NCBI GenBank assembly: GCA_963575745.1
Contig: CAUYUJ010000004.1
Coordinates: 620,001 to 672,108 of the forward strand
Origin: Prorocentrum cordatum
Lineage: Eukaryota
Reading direction: 5' to 3'
DNA: 52,108 nt
The notes below the pieces were generated by a model. It saw only the letters and a program-made list of their open reading frames with translations, was not told the DNA's origin and searched no databases. Below are positions 30,500 through 41,365 of the stretch, piece by piece. The translations under genes and the position numbers were made by a program. Numbering within the stretch: position 1 is the stretch's first letter; each line of letters opens with the position of its first letter.

Positions 30500-31600
30500 G
30501 CGCAATCGCGGTGGAATTGCCATCATGATGTCTGGTGATGGTGGGCTTGCACACAGCAGGCAATCTGCCAGCACCCCCGCCGTCCCTGTCAATGCAACGT
30601 GATCGCGGGCTGCCCGCGCAAAATCCAGATTCAACCTTGAATCAAGTTAGCATGGTCTTGTCAGGGATGGTGCCCCTGCGCACCGCAGCCATATGCTGGC
30701 ACCCCCGCCCTCCCTGTCAACAAACAATGCAAACTGCCCGCTGGCCCCCGAACATGACGAGACTTCACCGCAAAATGCACAGTGCGTTGTTGTTTTGACA
30801 GGGGTTGCGGGGGCAGGTGCCCGCATTGGCCCGTGTTTGTCGCGGGTCGGGTGGTGGAGGGAGCTTATAATAGCAAGGAGCGATCAAGTTCCCAGCGAGA
30901 GCTCCGCAGGCTGTCTCTCTCTCTCTCTCTCCCGCCCGCCCTGGCACTACTTCAGTCGCGCCCAGGTCTCAGCCTAGGCAGCCATCGACAACCATCGGGA
31001 ACCAATGCAGACGCCAGCCAGGCGCGCGAAGCCTGCGAGGTTCGCCGCGCATGCCAGGTGCGCCACGCGCACCAAGTGCGCCACATTGGGCTATATGTCG
31101 ACCCCCACCATCCTTGACAAACCAATGCAAAGGGACGGCGGGTTTACGAGCATTGTGCATTGCGTTTGGGTGTGCGCCCGCGATCTTTTGCGTTTGTTTT
31201 TGGCAGGGGTGGTTGGCCTGCACACGGCAGGCAGTAGGCCGCCCCTCTTTAGGCAAAGTGACTTTTGCAAGCTGTGTTGAAAGGGATGGTGAGCCTGCAC
31301 AATGCAGGCAACATGCTGGCCCCCCCTGCCGTCCTTGTCAAAGCGAATGCCAAGGGATCGCGGGGCGTCCGCGCAGTGTCTTGATGAAAGTGCATCGTGC
31401 GTTTTGTATATTGTACGTTGCAAGGGCTGGAAGGAGGGTGGCATTCCACACAGGAGGCAGTATGCCAGTACCCCCGCCGTCTCTGCCAAGAGCCAAGGCA
31501 AATTGATCGCGGGGCGTCCGCGCATGATCCAGATTTTGGAGCAACTTGCATTCTGTACGTTGTTGCAGGGGATGGTTGGGGGGGGTCGGCAATGGCACGG
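30500..31600. repeat. Diverged tandem repeat family (GATCGCGGGGCGTCCGCGCA and TGCACAC.GCAGGCA...CCCCCGCCGTCC motifs)
   Basis: Motifs recur at ~30540-30620, ~31290-31375 and ~31435-31525, with related segments at ~30660 and ~31200. Confidence 0.7.
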
Positions 31601-32399
31601 GTTGTCGCCGGTCGAGTGAGGTAGGGGGTGTACATGAATAGGGGCAGTGATGAGCGTCTCCCTGAAAGGGAAGAATGGGAAGCTGCAAACGCCCTAAAGC
31701 ACCTCACAGATCTCCGAAATGGCTGGTGGGATTTAGATATGCACTCAGGCACGTACCCCCCCCTCCTTTTCCCCCTCCGCCGCCTTCTCAATCAGCACGC
31801 CGAACGAACATGCGTGCAAGAAAGTTTCGACCTGCGTGAAGGCCAAATATCCTTTTTGGACTCTGGCCGCCTCCCCCCATCACATTCCACGACAAGAGAC
31901 CGTCCAGAGCTTGAAGCCAATCGGCGGCGCGCCCAGGGGGGAAGTGAGAGGGGGCAGACCTTCTCAGAAGGCGCCTCGGGTTCTTAGCTCTCCCGTGGCT
32001 TCAGGGAAGGCTGGGGAGGCTCCTCAGACGGCCAGAGCTTTCGGAGCCTCCTTAGAAGACCCGCCCCCGTTGCCGTCCCCCCTCGGACGCGCCGCTGATT
32101 CTGCCCCTCCACGGCCCTTCGATGCTCTTGTCTGTGCGACGCAAGAAAGCGGGGTCGTCTTCGCCGACGTTCACGCGTAAGCTGCCCGCGTAAGGTCGCG
32201 CGCAGGTGCCCTCGCCGTCGATGTGGCGCGCCGCGTCGGTGGCCCGCGCAAGCCGCGGCGTAAGCTCGCCACGTCATCTCGCGTCAGACCCGTTTTTGAT
32301 CGTCGTTCTTCTGTGCCTCGTGCCGGCCGGGCTGCCGGGCGACCGCGCGGGGAGGAGCTCCAGACCGCGCGGCGGAGGCCTCGGATCGCCCCCCCCCCC

Positions 32400-32666
32400 C
32401 GCCCCTTTGCACCGCGGCTTCGCCACGGACCTTGAGGTGTACGGAGGGCTCAGTGGCACTGAAGAGTTTGTTGAGCAATGGCAGGATGCAGGAGATTCGT
32501 GGTGTACTGTGTTTGTTTGAGGAAGGTTCGGGGCCAGGCCATGAGTTTCTTCGCATTGATCTGGGCATTCTCGGCGCTGCAGCATTCAGATCCAAAGCTG
32601 AGTGGGATCTTCTTTTTCCGTCTGATACTGTTTATGAGGTTGGAGGGCATGATGATTGCTGTGTCT
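32400..32666 (+). pseudogene. 5' part of a split zinc-finger coding remnant, possibly the C-terminal region of a non-LTR retrotransposon ORF
   Basis: Frameshifted coding-like text (FATDLEVYGGLSGTEEFVEQW / FLRIDLGILGAAAFRSK...DDCCV) that joins in frame to the 39108 flank once the insertion and one TCT copy are removed. Confidence 0.5.
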
Positions 32667-34774
32667 ATCTGAAAAAAGTGCTGTTCCGACTCTGGGGCGC
32701 CCCCAGACTCTGGGGGTTGGGGGTTGCTCCGACTTTGTCTCTCGTTGTCCGACTGTGTCTCCTCGCTCATACCCCCTGCCTCCTTCTCCTGGTCCTCCTC
32801 CCTGTTTCTCTTCCTACTCCCTCTTCGCCTGCTTTTCCCAGTCCTTTTCTTCCTATTCCTCCTTTTCCTCCTCCTCCTCAACCTCCTCCCCCTCCTCCTC
32901 CTCGCCCCCAGTGCGCCCAGGAGGCTTTCAAGATGGCCCCATGACGGCCCAGGAGGCCCCAAAGACGGCCCCAAAAGGCCTCTAAGACGCCCAAGATGGC
33001 CTCCAAGACGGCCCTGAAGCGCCTCAAGAGGACCCCACATCGGTTCAGAGAGGCCCCCAAGACGGCTTCCGACGGCGTCAGACCCGTCAGACGGGCTAGG
33101 AACGATTTAAGACTGCCAAGGAGAGGCCCCCAAGACGCCCCCACGGCCCCCAAGAGGCCCGTAGGCGTCTTGGATCCGCCGCCCCCTGTGCTTGCCACAG
33201 GGTTGGACGGCGTGCCAGACATTTTGCTGAGATTCTGATTTTCAAACCCTTCCCAGTGGCCTTCGGCCCAGACCGCCTGCCCCTCGGAAGGACCAGAAGG
33301 TGTGGCCCACATCGCCACCAAGACGGCCCAAACGGCCCAATATGGTCACCAAGATGCCTCCAAGGCGGCTAGGATCGCTCCAAGAGAGCCCAAGACGGCT
33401 CCAATATGTCTCCAAGACGGCCCAAGATGCACCCGAGGCGTCCAAGATGGCCCCAAGATGGCCCAGGACGGCCCCAAAGGCCCCCAAGAGGCTTTTAATG
33501 CAGTCCAAGAAGCCTCCAAAGGGATCTGCAGGAAGGCCCGAAGAGGCCAAGACAGCTGATTTCCCGTGGGCTCTTGATGGGATTTTGACGGTTTTCGGCC
33601 TGCAAGATGGCCCCAAGAGCCGCCCAGACCCCCCTCCAAGAGGCCCCATGAGAGGCCTCCAAGACAAGAGCCCCATGACGGCCTCCAGACGGTCCAAGAG
33701 GCCCCCAAGGCGCCTCCAAGACGGCCCACGAGAATTCCAAGGCGCCCACGATGGCCTTCAAGACGGCTCCAAAACGTCCAAGATGGCAACGATACGATTC
33801 GACATAGCCCCAGGATGTCCCAAGACAGCCACAGAGGGCCCCAAGGGCCCCAAGGGGATCCAAGGGGCCTCCTAGACAGTCTAGGAAGTCTTCAAGAGGA
33901 CCTCCAGGAGAGCCCGAAATGCCCAAATGGTTGTATTTATTCCCTTCAATTGTTGAATAATTTGGGCGCGTTTTCTTTTTCGGCTGTCCGACGGCCCAAG
34001 ATGTCCACAAGATGGTCCCAAGACGGCCCAAGCTGACTTCAAGATGGCCCCAAAAGGGCCCCAAAGGGCGAGGAAACAGTCCAAGAGGAAGAGCAAGAGG
34101 AAAGGACGGAATCAGAGGCCCGAAGCGGCTCCGAGAAGCCTGCAGCTCAGCGCGGGCTCGTCTGCGGACGCCCTTGCCCCCCCCAGGAAAAACATATCAC
34201 CCCGAGGCCCGGTGATGTTTTGTGGGGCCGCCATCTCAAAGCCCCACGGCCAGCTTTTGGGTCGAGGAGGAGGAGGGGCAGGAGGACGAGGAGGTGATCA
34301 ACAGGAACCAGAGGAGCAGGAGCAGCAGGAGGACGAGGAGTTTGAGCAAGGGGTCAAGGACGGAATGATAGGCCAGAAGCGGCTCCGAGACCAGACCGCG
34401 CTGAGCTGCAGGGTTTTCGGAGCCGCTTAAGGCCTCTCATTTCGTCCTTGTCCCCCTGCTCAACCTCCTCGTCCTCCTGCTCCTGATTCTCCTGGTTTTG
34501 CTCCTCTTCTTCCTCGACCCAAGAGCCGGCCGTGGGGCCTTGAAAGGGCGGGCCGAAAAAATGTCACCGGGGGCCGAGCTGCAGGCTTCTCGGAGCCGAT
34601 GCGGCCAAAAAGAGGCTGCCCTGCAGGCTGTCTCGGAGCCGCTGCGCCAAAAGAAGGACACCTTGTCGGTTTAACTACTAGGTCGCTTTGTCGGCTGATT
34701 TCGGGCGCGTCGTCATCGTGGTCGTCGTTGTCATCGTCGTCGTCGTGGTCGTCGTCGTCACCACCATCGTCGTG

Positions 34775-34814
<40 letters not shown>

Positions 34815-34849
34815 TCGTCGTCGTCGTTGTCGTTGTCGTCGCCGTCCAT

Positions 34850-35380
34850 AAGATGGCCCCGAGAGGGCCCTAAGAGGGCCCCAAGAGAGCCCCAAGAGGG
34901 CTCCGAGAGGGCCCCAAGAGGGCCCCAGGAGTTGTGCAACAACCCAGCGGCCGCTGGTACATAACTCCTGGGGCCCTCTTGGGGCCCTCTGAGGGCCCTC
35001 TTGGAGCCCTCCTGGGCCCCTGGTTGGCCCATGAGAGGGCTCCAAGAGGGCCCTAAGAGGGCCCCAAGAGGGCCCCAAAAGGGCCCCAAGAGGGCCCCAA
35101 GAGGGCGCCAAGAGGGCCCCAAGAAGGCCCCAGGAATTATGTACCAATCCAGCGGCCGCTGGAACTCCTGAACCCTCTTGGGACCCTCTGAGGGCCCTCT
35201 CGGAGCCCTCTCGGACCCCTGGTTGGCCCTGTAGGGCCCCAAGAGGGCCCCAAGAGGGCCCCAAGAGGGCCCCAAAAGGGCCCCAAGAGGGCGCCAAGAG
35301 GGCGCCAAGAGGGCTCCAAGAAGGCCCCAGGAATTATGTACCAACCCAGCGGCCGGTGGTACAGAACTCCTGGGGCCCTC
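34850..35380. repeat. (GGCCCCAAGAG)n satellite with GTACCAACCCAGCGGCCGCTGGTAC palindromic cores; second block at ~36830-37480
   Basis: 11-bp units in both orientations around NotI-centred palindromes. Confidence 0.85.
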
Positions 35381-35576
35381 CTCCTCCTCCTCGGCGACGA
35401 CGACGACGAGGAGGTGTAAACGCACCCTTACCCAGCCCCTGCAGGACCAGGCAGCGATACTTGGACCAAATTTCCTGGCCCCTGTTTCGACCCCAGAGCT
35501 CTCGACCCCGTCCAGGAGCTCCCGACCCCAACCCGGAGCTTTCGGCCCCATCCTGGAGCTCTCGACCCGCAGACGA

Positions 35577-35608
<32 letters not shown>

Positions 35609-35736
35609 CTCGACCTGGAGTGGTAAGTTTTGCTGCTGCTTTTCCCCAGGGGTTTGGAGCCCTCGGGGCCCAGGGGGGCCCCGAAACGGATCCGAAGCCT
35701 CAAATTTTTCCGGCCCGCGACCGACGACCGGCGACA

Positions 35737-35773
<37 letters not shown>

Positions 35774-36109
35774 GCATAAGTTATTTGGCGCCCCCCCTTG
35801 GGAGCATCGGGTAACTGGGGGGTGCGCTCCACACCCCCCACTTACCCGGTGTCCCCCAGGGGACATCGGGTAACTCGACCTTGCAGGGGGGGGTGTTAGG
35901 CACGGGTTACCCGGTGGCGAGGGGGGGGCATCGGGTAACTCGACTTTGCACGGGGGGGAGTCGGGCATGAGTTACCCGGTGTCCCCTGGGGGACATCGGG
36001 TAAGCGGGGGGTGCGCTCCACACCCCCCACTTACCCGGTGTCCCCCGAGGGGCGTCGAGTAAGTCGACCTTGCAAGGGGCGCATTCGGCATTATTCAGTA
36101 AACCGGTGG

Positions 36110-36797
36110 ACCCCCATGGGACATCGGAGTTACCCGGTGGTCCCCGTGGGACATCGGCCCGTGGGACATCGGAGTTACCCGGTGTCCCCCGGGGGACATC
36201 GGGTAACTCGACATTGCAAGGGGGGTCTGGGCATGGTTACCCGGTGGCCTCCCGTGGGACATCGGAGTTACCCGGTGTCCCCCGTGGGACATCGGAGTTA
36301 CCCGGTGGTCCCCGTGGGACATCGGCCCGTGGGACATCGGAGTTACCCGGTGTCCCCCGTGGGACATCGGAGTTACCCGGTGGTCCCCGTGGGACATCGG
36401 CCCGTGGGACATCGGAGTTACCCGGTGTCCCCCGTGGGACATCGGAGTTACCCGGTGGTCCCCGTGGGACATCGGCCCGTGGGACGTCGGAGTTACCCGG
36501 TGTCCCCCGGGGGACATCGGGTAACTCGACCTTGCAAGGGGGGGTCTGGGCACGAGTTACCTGGTGCCCCCCCGTGGGACATCGGAGTTACCCGGTGTCC
36601 CCGTGGGACATCGGAGTTACCCGGTGGTCCCCGTGGGACATCGGCCCGTGGGACATCGGAGTTACCCGGTGTCCCCCGTGGGACGTCGGAGTTACCCGGT
36701 GGTCCCCGTGGGACATCGGCCCGTGGGACATCGGAGTTACCCGGTATCCCCCGTGGGACATCGGAGTTACCCGGTGGTCCCCGTGGGACATCGGCCC
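36110..36797. repeat. Homogeneous minisatellite: 75-bp higher-order unit built from 15-bp modules CCCGTGGGACATCGG and AGTTACCCGGTG(TCC/GTC)
   Basis: Near-identical copies; the translation repeats every 25 codons. Looser precursor-like copies occur at 35800-36100. Confidence 0.95.
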
Positions 36798-39107
36798 ATA
36801 AGATGGCTCCAAGGGGTCCCTAAGACTGGGCTGGTACATAACTCCTAGGGCCCTGTTGGGGCCCTCTGAGTGCCCTCTTGGAGCCCTCTTGGGCCCCTGG
36901 TTGGCCCTAGGAGGGCCCCAAGAAGGCCCCAGGAATTATGTACCAATCCAGCGGCCGCTGGTACATAATTCCTGGGGCCCTCTTGGGGCCCTCTGAGGGC
37001 CCTCTTGGAACCCTCTTGGGCCCCTGGTTGGCCCTAAGAGGGCCCCAAGAAGGCCCCAGGAATTATGTACCAACCCAGCGGCCGCTGGTACATCACTCTT
37101 GGGGCCCTCTTGGGGCCCTCTGAGGGCCCTCTTGGAGCCCTCTTGGGGCCCGGGTTGGCCCTAAGAGGGCCCCAAGAGGGCCCCAAGAGGGCTCCAAGAG
37201 GGCCCCAGGAATTATGTACCAACCCAGCGGCCGCTGGTACATAACTCCTGAACCCTCTTGGGGCCCTCTTGGAGCCCTCTTGGGCCCCTTGTTGGCCCAC
37301 ATGATGGCTCCAAGAAGGCCCTAAGAGGGCCCCCAAACGGGCCCAAGAGGGGCCCAAGAGAGGCCTCAGAAACCGCTAGTAGGTGTCATCGATCAGCGCG
37401 TCTGGATGAGACCTCTCAGTGGTCTCTGGGGCGCGTCTTGGAGCCCTCTTGGGGCCCTCTGGAGCCCCCTGGGTGCTCCCAAAAAGGTTCCAAGGGACAT
37501 CCGAAGGGGTGGAGGGGGAGTTGGACGGGGAGTGGAGGGGGAGGTGGAGGGGGGGCTGAGGTGGGTGGTGGAGGGGGGGGTGGAGGGGGGGTGGGGGGGT
37601 TGGTGGAGGGGGAAGGGAGAGGGAGAGGGAGAGGGGTTTGATTAGGAAACTGGAAGAGGTTTGACGACCACGACGACGACGACGACGACGATGACGACGA
37701 CGACGATGACGGCGACAACCACGATGACGAGTGGGCGCCTTGGAGTTCTCGTGGGCCGTCTTGGAGGCGCCTTGGGGGCCTTTTGGACCGTCTGGAGGCC
37801 GTCGTGGGGCCGTCTTGGAGGCCTCTTGGGCGCTCTTGGGGCCATCTTGGGGGTCTCTTCGGCGGCACTGGGCCGTCGGCAGGCCGAAAACGTTAAAATC
37901 CATCAAGAGCCCACGGGAAATCAGCTGTCTTGGCCTCTTCGGGCCTTCCTGCAGGTCCCCTTGGAGGCTTCTTGGACTGCATTAAAAGCCTCTTGGGGGC
38001 CTTTGGGGCCGTCCTGGGCCATCTTGGGGCCATCTTGGAACGCCTCGGTTGCATCTTGGGCCGTCTTGGAAACATATTGGGGCCGTCTTGGGCTCTCTTG
38101 GAGCGATCCTAGCCGCCTTGGAGGCATCTTGGTGGCCATCTTGGGCCATTTGGGCCGTCTTAGTGGCGATGTGGCCACACCTTCTGGTCCTTCCGAGGGC
38201 AGGCGGTCTGGGCCGAAGGCCACTGGGAAGGGTTTGAAAATAAGAAGAGCAGCAAAATGTCTGGCACGCCGTCCACCCCTGTGGCAAGCACAGGGGGCGG
38301 CGGATCCAAGACGCCTACGGCGAATCACCGCCGCCCCCAGCCTTTTTGAGAAGCGCCTATGTGGCCAAACGTTGGGCCCCAGCTTGGCCAAGCTATCTGA
38401 TTATGTATTCCCCCAGCCGCTCCGGAAACTCTTCGGGGAACACTTGGGGGAGGCTGAGGGGGAGGATCAGGAGAGGGAGGAGGGAGGAGGAGGAGGAGGA
38501 GGAGGAGGAGGAGGCCTCTTGGGAGCCTCTTTGGGCACTCTTGTGGGGCCTCCTGGAGGCTTCCCGGGGGCCTCTTGGAAGCCTCTTGGGGGCCTCCTTA
38601 GGCCTCTTGGGGGCCGTGGGGGCGTCTTGGGGGCCTCTCCTTGGCCGTCTTGAAGCGTTCCTGGCCCGTCTGACGGGTCTGACGCCGTCGGAAGCCATCT
38701 TGGGGGCCTCTTTGAACCGATGTGGGGTCCTCTTGAGGCGCTTCAGGGCCGTCTTGGAGGCCATCTTGGGCGTCTTAGAGGCCTCTTGGGGAGGAGGAGG
38801 GGAGGGGAGGAGGAGGAGGAAAGGAGGAGGGGAGGAGGAGGAGGAGGAGGAGGAGGAGGAGGAGGAGGAGGAGGAGGTTGAGGAGGAGGAGGAGGAGGAG
38901 GAGGAGGAACAGGAGGAAGAGGAAGAAAAGGACTGGGAAAAGCAGGCGAAGAGGGAGTAGGAAGAGAAATAGGGAGGAGGACCAGGAGAAGGAGGCAGGG
39001 GGTAGGAGCGAGGAGACACAGTCGGACAGCGAGAGACAAAGTCGGAGCAACCCCAAACCCCCAGAGTCTGGGGGCGCCCAAGAGTCTGAGCAGCACCTTT
39101 TTCAGAT

Positions 39108-39445
39108 TCTGTGGGTGACGCATGGAGGGAGGCACTACGTGCATGTGCACGTTCGCTTCTGACACGCAGCTACTAGCACACCGTACACATGGACATAACG
39201 AACGGGTCGTATCAGCTACTATAGTCACAACCCAATGTCCTAACTGCTCCATTACGTTTACCTCGGTCGGCATTGCGCGATCTCATATTCGATGAGCGTA
39301 CAGATACGGTCGGTGCCATATTGGTTGTGCACACATTGTTCGAGAGTTGATTGCGCGTGATCCCTGAGCTTGTAATATTTGTCAGGCTCAATTTCCCGAC
39401 GGCGTCGATTTAAATGTCCATATTCGTGCAGTTCATCTACCTTAA
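39108..39445 (+). pseudogene. 3' part of split C2H2 zinc-finger remnant (three fingers, with stops and frameshifts)
   Basis: TCMCTFASDTQLLAHRTHGH; CPNC-x12-H from 39236; CNIC-x12-H-x4-H-LP* from 39371. Confidence 0.7.
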
Positions 39446-39507
39446 CCGCCCCCAGGGCTGTCATCTCATGGTACGGAGCTCACCCTGCAAATCTGTTTCA
39501 CATATGG

Positions 39508-40170
39508 CTATGCGTCTGCCCGCGGCCGCGGCTGCAGGCCCCCTTGACGAGCGCCAGAAGAGCCGACTGCTCGAGGGAACTTCCGAGAAACGATATCAGG
39601 ATCTGGCGCTGTGCAACACGAGATGCCGATGAGCCAGCGGTGCCTCGTGGTGCCGATGGCAAAACAGTTGCTCCGCGTCTCCCAACAGAACTGAGGGATC
39701 ACGGGCTGCGTGTTCGACGCCTTTTCGATCCCCGCCAGTTCTCCCATCACTCGCGGGGTCAGGAACATACGTCACAGTATCAGTATGCCGAGGCAGTGAA
39801 AGTGAAGGGTCAGGCGGACAAGTTGGGACCGCCTCGCATGTTGGCGATGGGGGGCATTTTATCGGCTCTGCATGAAAAGAAAAAAAAACATCATCGGGGC
39901 CACGACGTCCCATGGTCTAAACAGATCAATCCAGGATGTGGAGGGGTGGAACATCGACCAGGCATGCGAGTTTACATTGTTCAGAAAATCGACAAAACGT
40001 ATCAGCGAGAGACCAAGCGCCTGACAGCTTCGCTTCGGGACCCAAATTTCCGCCTCATCATCATCGGGGCTCTGAGTCAGATCTCGGGCATCCGTCGCAA
40101 TCAGGGGAAGGCGCCGCCTTTTTCCATTGAGAGGGATTCGCAAGCCTGGGTGGAGGGGCTCTTTGGATGA
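39508..40170 (+). pseudogene. Degenerate hypothetical ORF downstream of the zinc-finger remnant
   Basis: The C-terminal half looks protein-like (QYAEAVKVKGQADKLGPP...IGALSQ...QGKAPPFSIERDSQAWVEGLFG); the N-terminal frame is unclear. Confidence 0.4.
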
Positions 40171-40408
40171 AACGGAGAAGCGAGAGAAGTGAGTGAGGCC
40201 GGCGTGCTAAATATGCACCCTGCGTCCCGCAACATGTCGCCATATATCAGCGCTTTCCATTACCACTCGAGCTTTTGATGAGGCCAGACAGTGGTGCCAG
40301 TCAAAGTATAACCCCCCGCTCGTAGGATCCAGTTGTAGAGTAACCTTCTGGAGGGGCGTCGCGGGCTCCCGCGCGCCGGAAGCGACTGAAACCGGGAGGT
40401 TATCCAAG

Positions 40409-40594
40409 ACTTAATTCCGGAGTTAAGTCGGCCCGACTCCGGGGTAAAGGCCGCCCCGCGGAAAACTTCACCCCGGAGTTAAGTCTCCGCCAAGCTGGTG
40501 GACGCGCCAGCTACTACACGAATTATCTCCGGAGTTAAGTGGTTCCCACGCCGCGCGCCCCAGCCCGGCACGTACTTAACTGCGGGGTTTGAGT
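40409..40594. repeat. Regularly interspaced 20-bp palindrome array A (consensus ACTTAACTCCGGAGTTAAGT)
   Basis: Copies start at 40409, 40465, 40521 and 40574 (degenerate); spacers are 36, 36 and 33 bp. Confidence 0.8.
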
Positions 40595-41220
40595 CGCCGC
40601 GGCATTGGGTTGGGTGCCGCGACGACTGAGATGACAGGAAGTGGAAGAGGAGGAGGAGGGCGACGACGAGAAATATGAGGAGGAGTGAGGAGGACGAGGG
40701 GGAGGAGGAGGAGGAGGAGGAGGAGGAGGAGGAGGAGGAGAGAGGAGGAGGAGGAGGAGGGGGAGGAGGAGGAGGAGAGGAGGAGGACAAGCTAGGTGCG
40801 CTCGCGTCATATCTGACATCCTACCCCTCCCTCCCATCCCTTACCATGGCGTACATCCCCTCTCTACTCGCACTGTCGGATGTTGAGCAGGGCAATGATC
40901 CCGAAAGGGTACGCGATGCATTGTAGAGCACGGCATGGCATGGCGTAGACGAGCACCGCGCAGCGTAGTATGTCACAGCATGGCGCGGCGTGGCGTAGTG
41001 AAGAATTGCATCGCAAAGCTTTGCAACGCAAAGCATGGCATCGCACAGCGGCTCCGAGCATAACATTGCATAGCATGGCGTTGAAGATCTAAGCGCAGCA
41101 TGGCATAGCACGACGTGGCACTTAAGCGCTGCATCGCAGCTTAAGCTGAAGGCATGGCATCGCGCAGCGGAACGCAAGTTAGCATTGCATCGAACGCCGT
41201 GGCACGGCGCGGGAAACGAC

Positions 41221-41365
41221 GCCAGCGCTGCAGCGGGAGCACGATTCGGAACGAGCGGAAGCGCGGAAATGAGGCCAGCGTTGCAGCGGGAGCACGATTC
41301 GGAACGAGCGGAAGCACGGACATCGGGCCAGCGCTGCAGCGGGAACACGATTCGGAACGAGCGGG
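41221..41365. repeat. Three tandem 53-bp repeats (GCCAGCGCTGCAGCGGGAGCACGATTCGGAACGAGCGG)
   Basis: Copies at 41221, 41274 and 41327. Confidence 0.9.

Larger units (their letters stand above)
32667..39107. mobile_element. 6.4-kb non-autonomous foldback/TIR element; arms ~32667-33748 and ~37733-39107; 3-bp target duplication TCT
   Basis: Left end ATCTGAAAAAAGTGCTG...GGCGCCCCCAGACTCTGGGGGTT is the near-exact reverse complement of the right end ...CAGCACCTTTTTCAGAT. Inverted homology continues for >1 kb; TCT sits at 32664-32666 and 39108-39110. Confidence 0.8.

Noticed and set aside
34460..38653. ORFs of 270-502 aa inside the foldback element as a transposase
   Set aside because: Repetitive peptides from stop-poor satellites; no DDE or other domain motifs.
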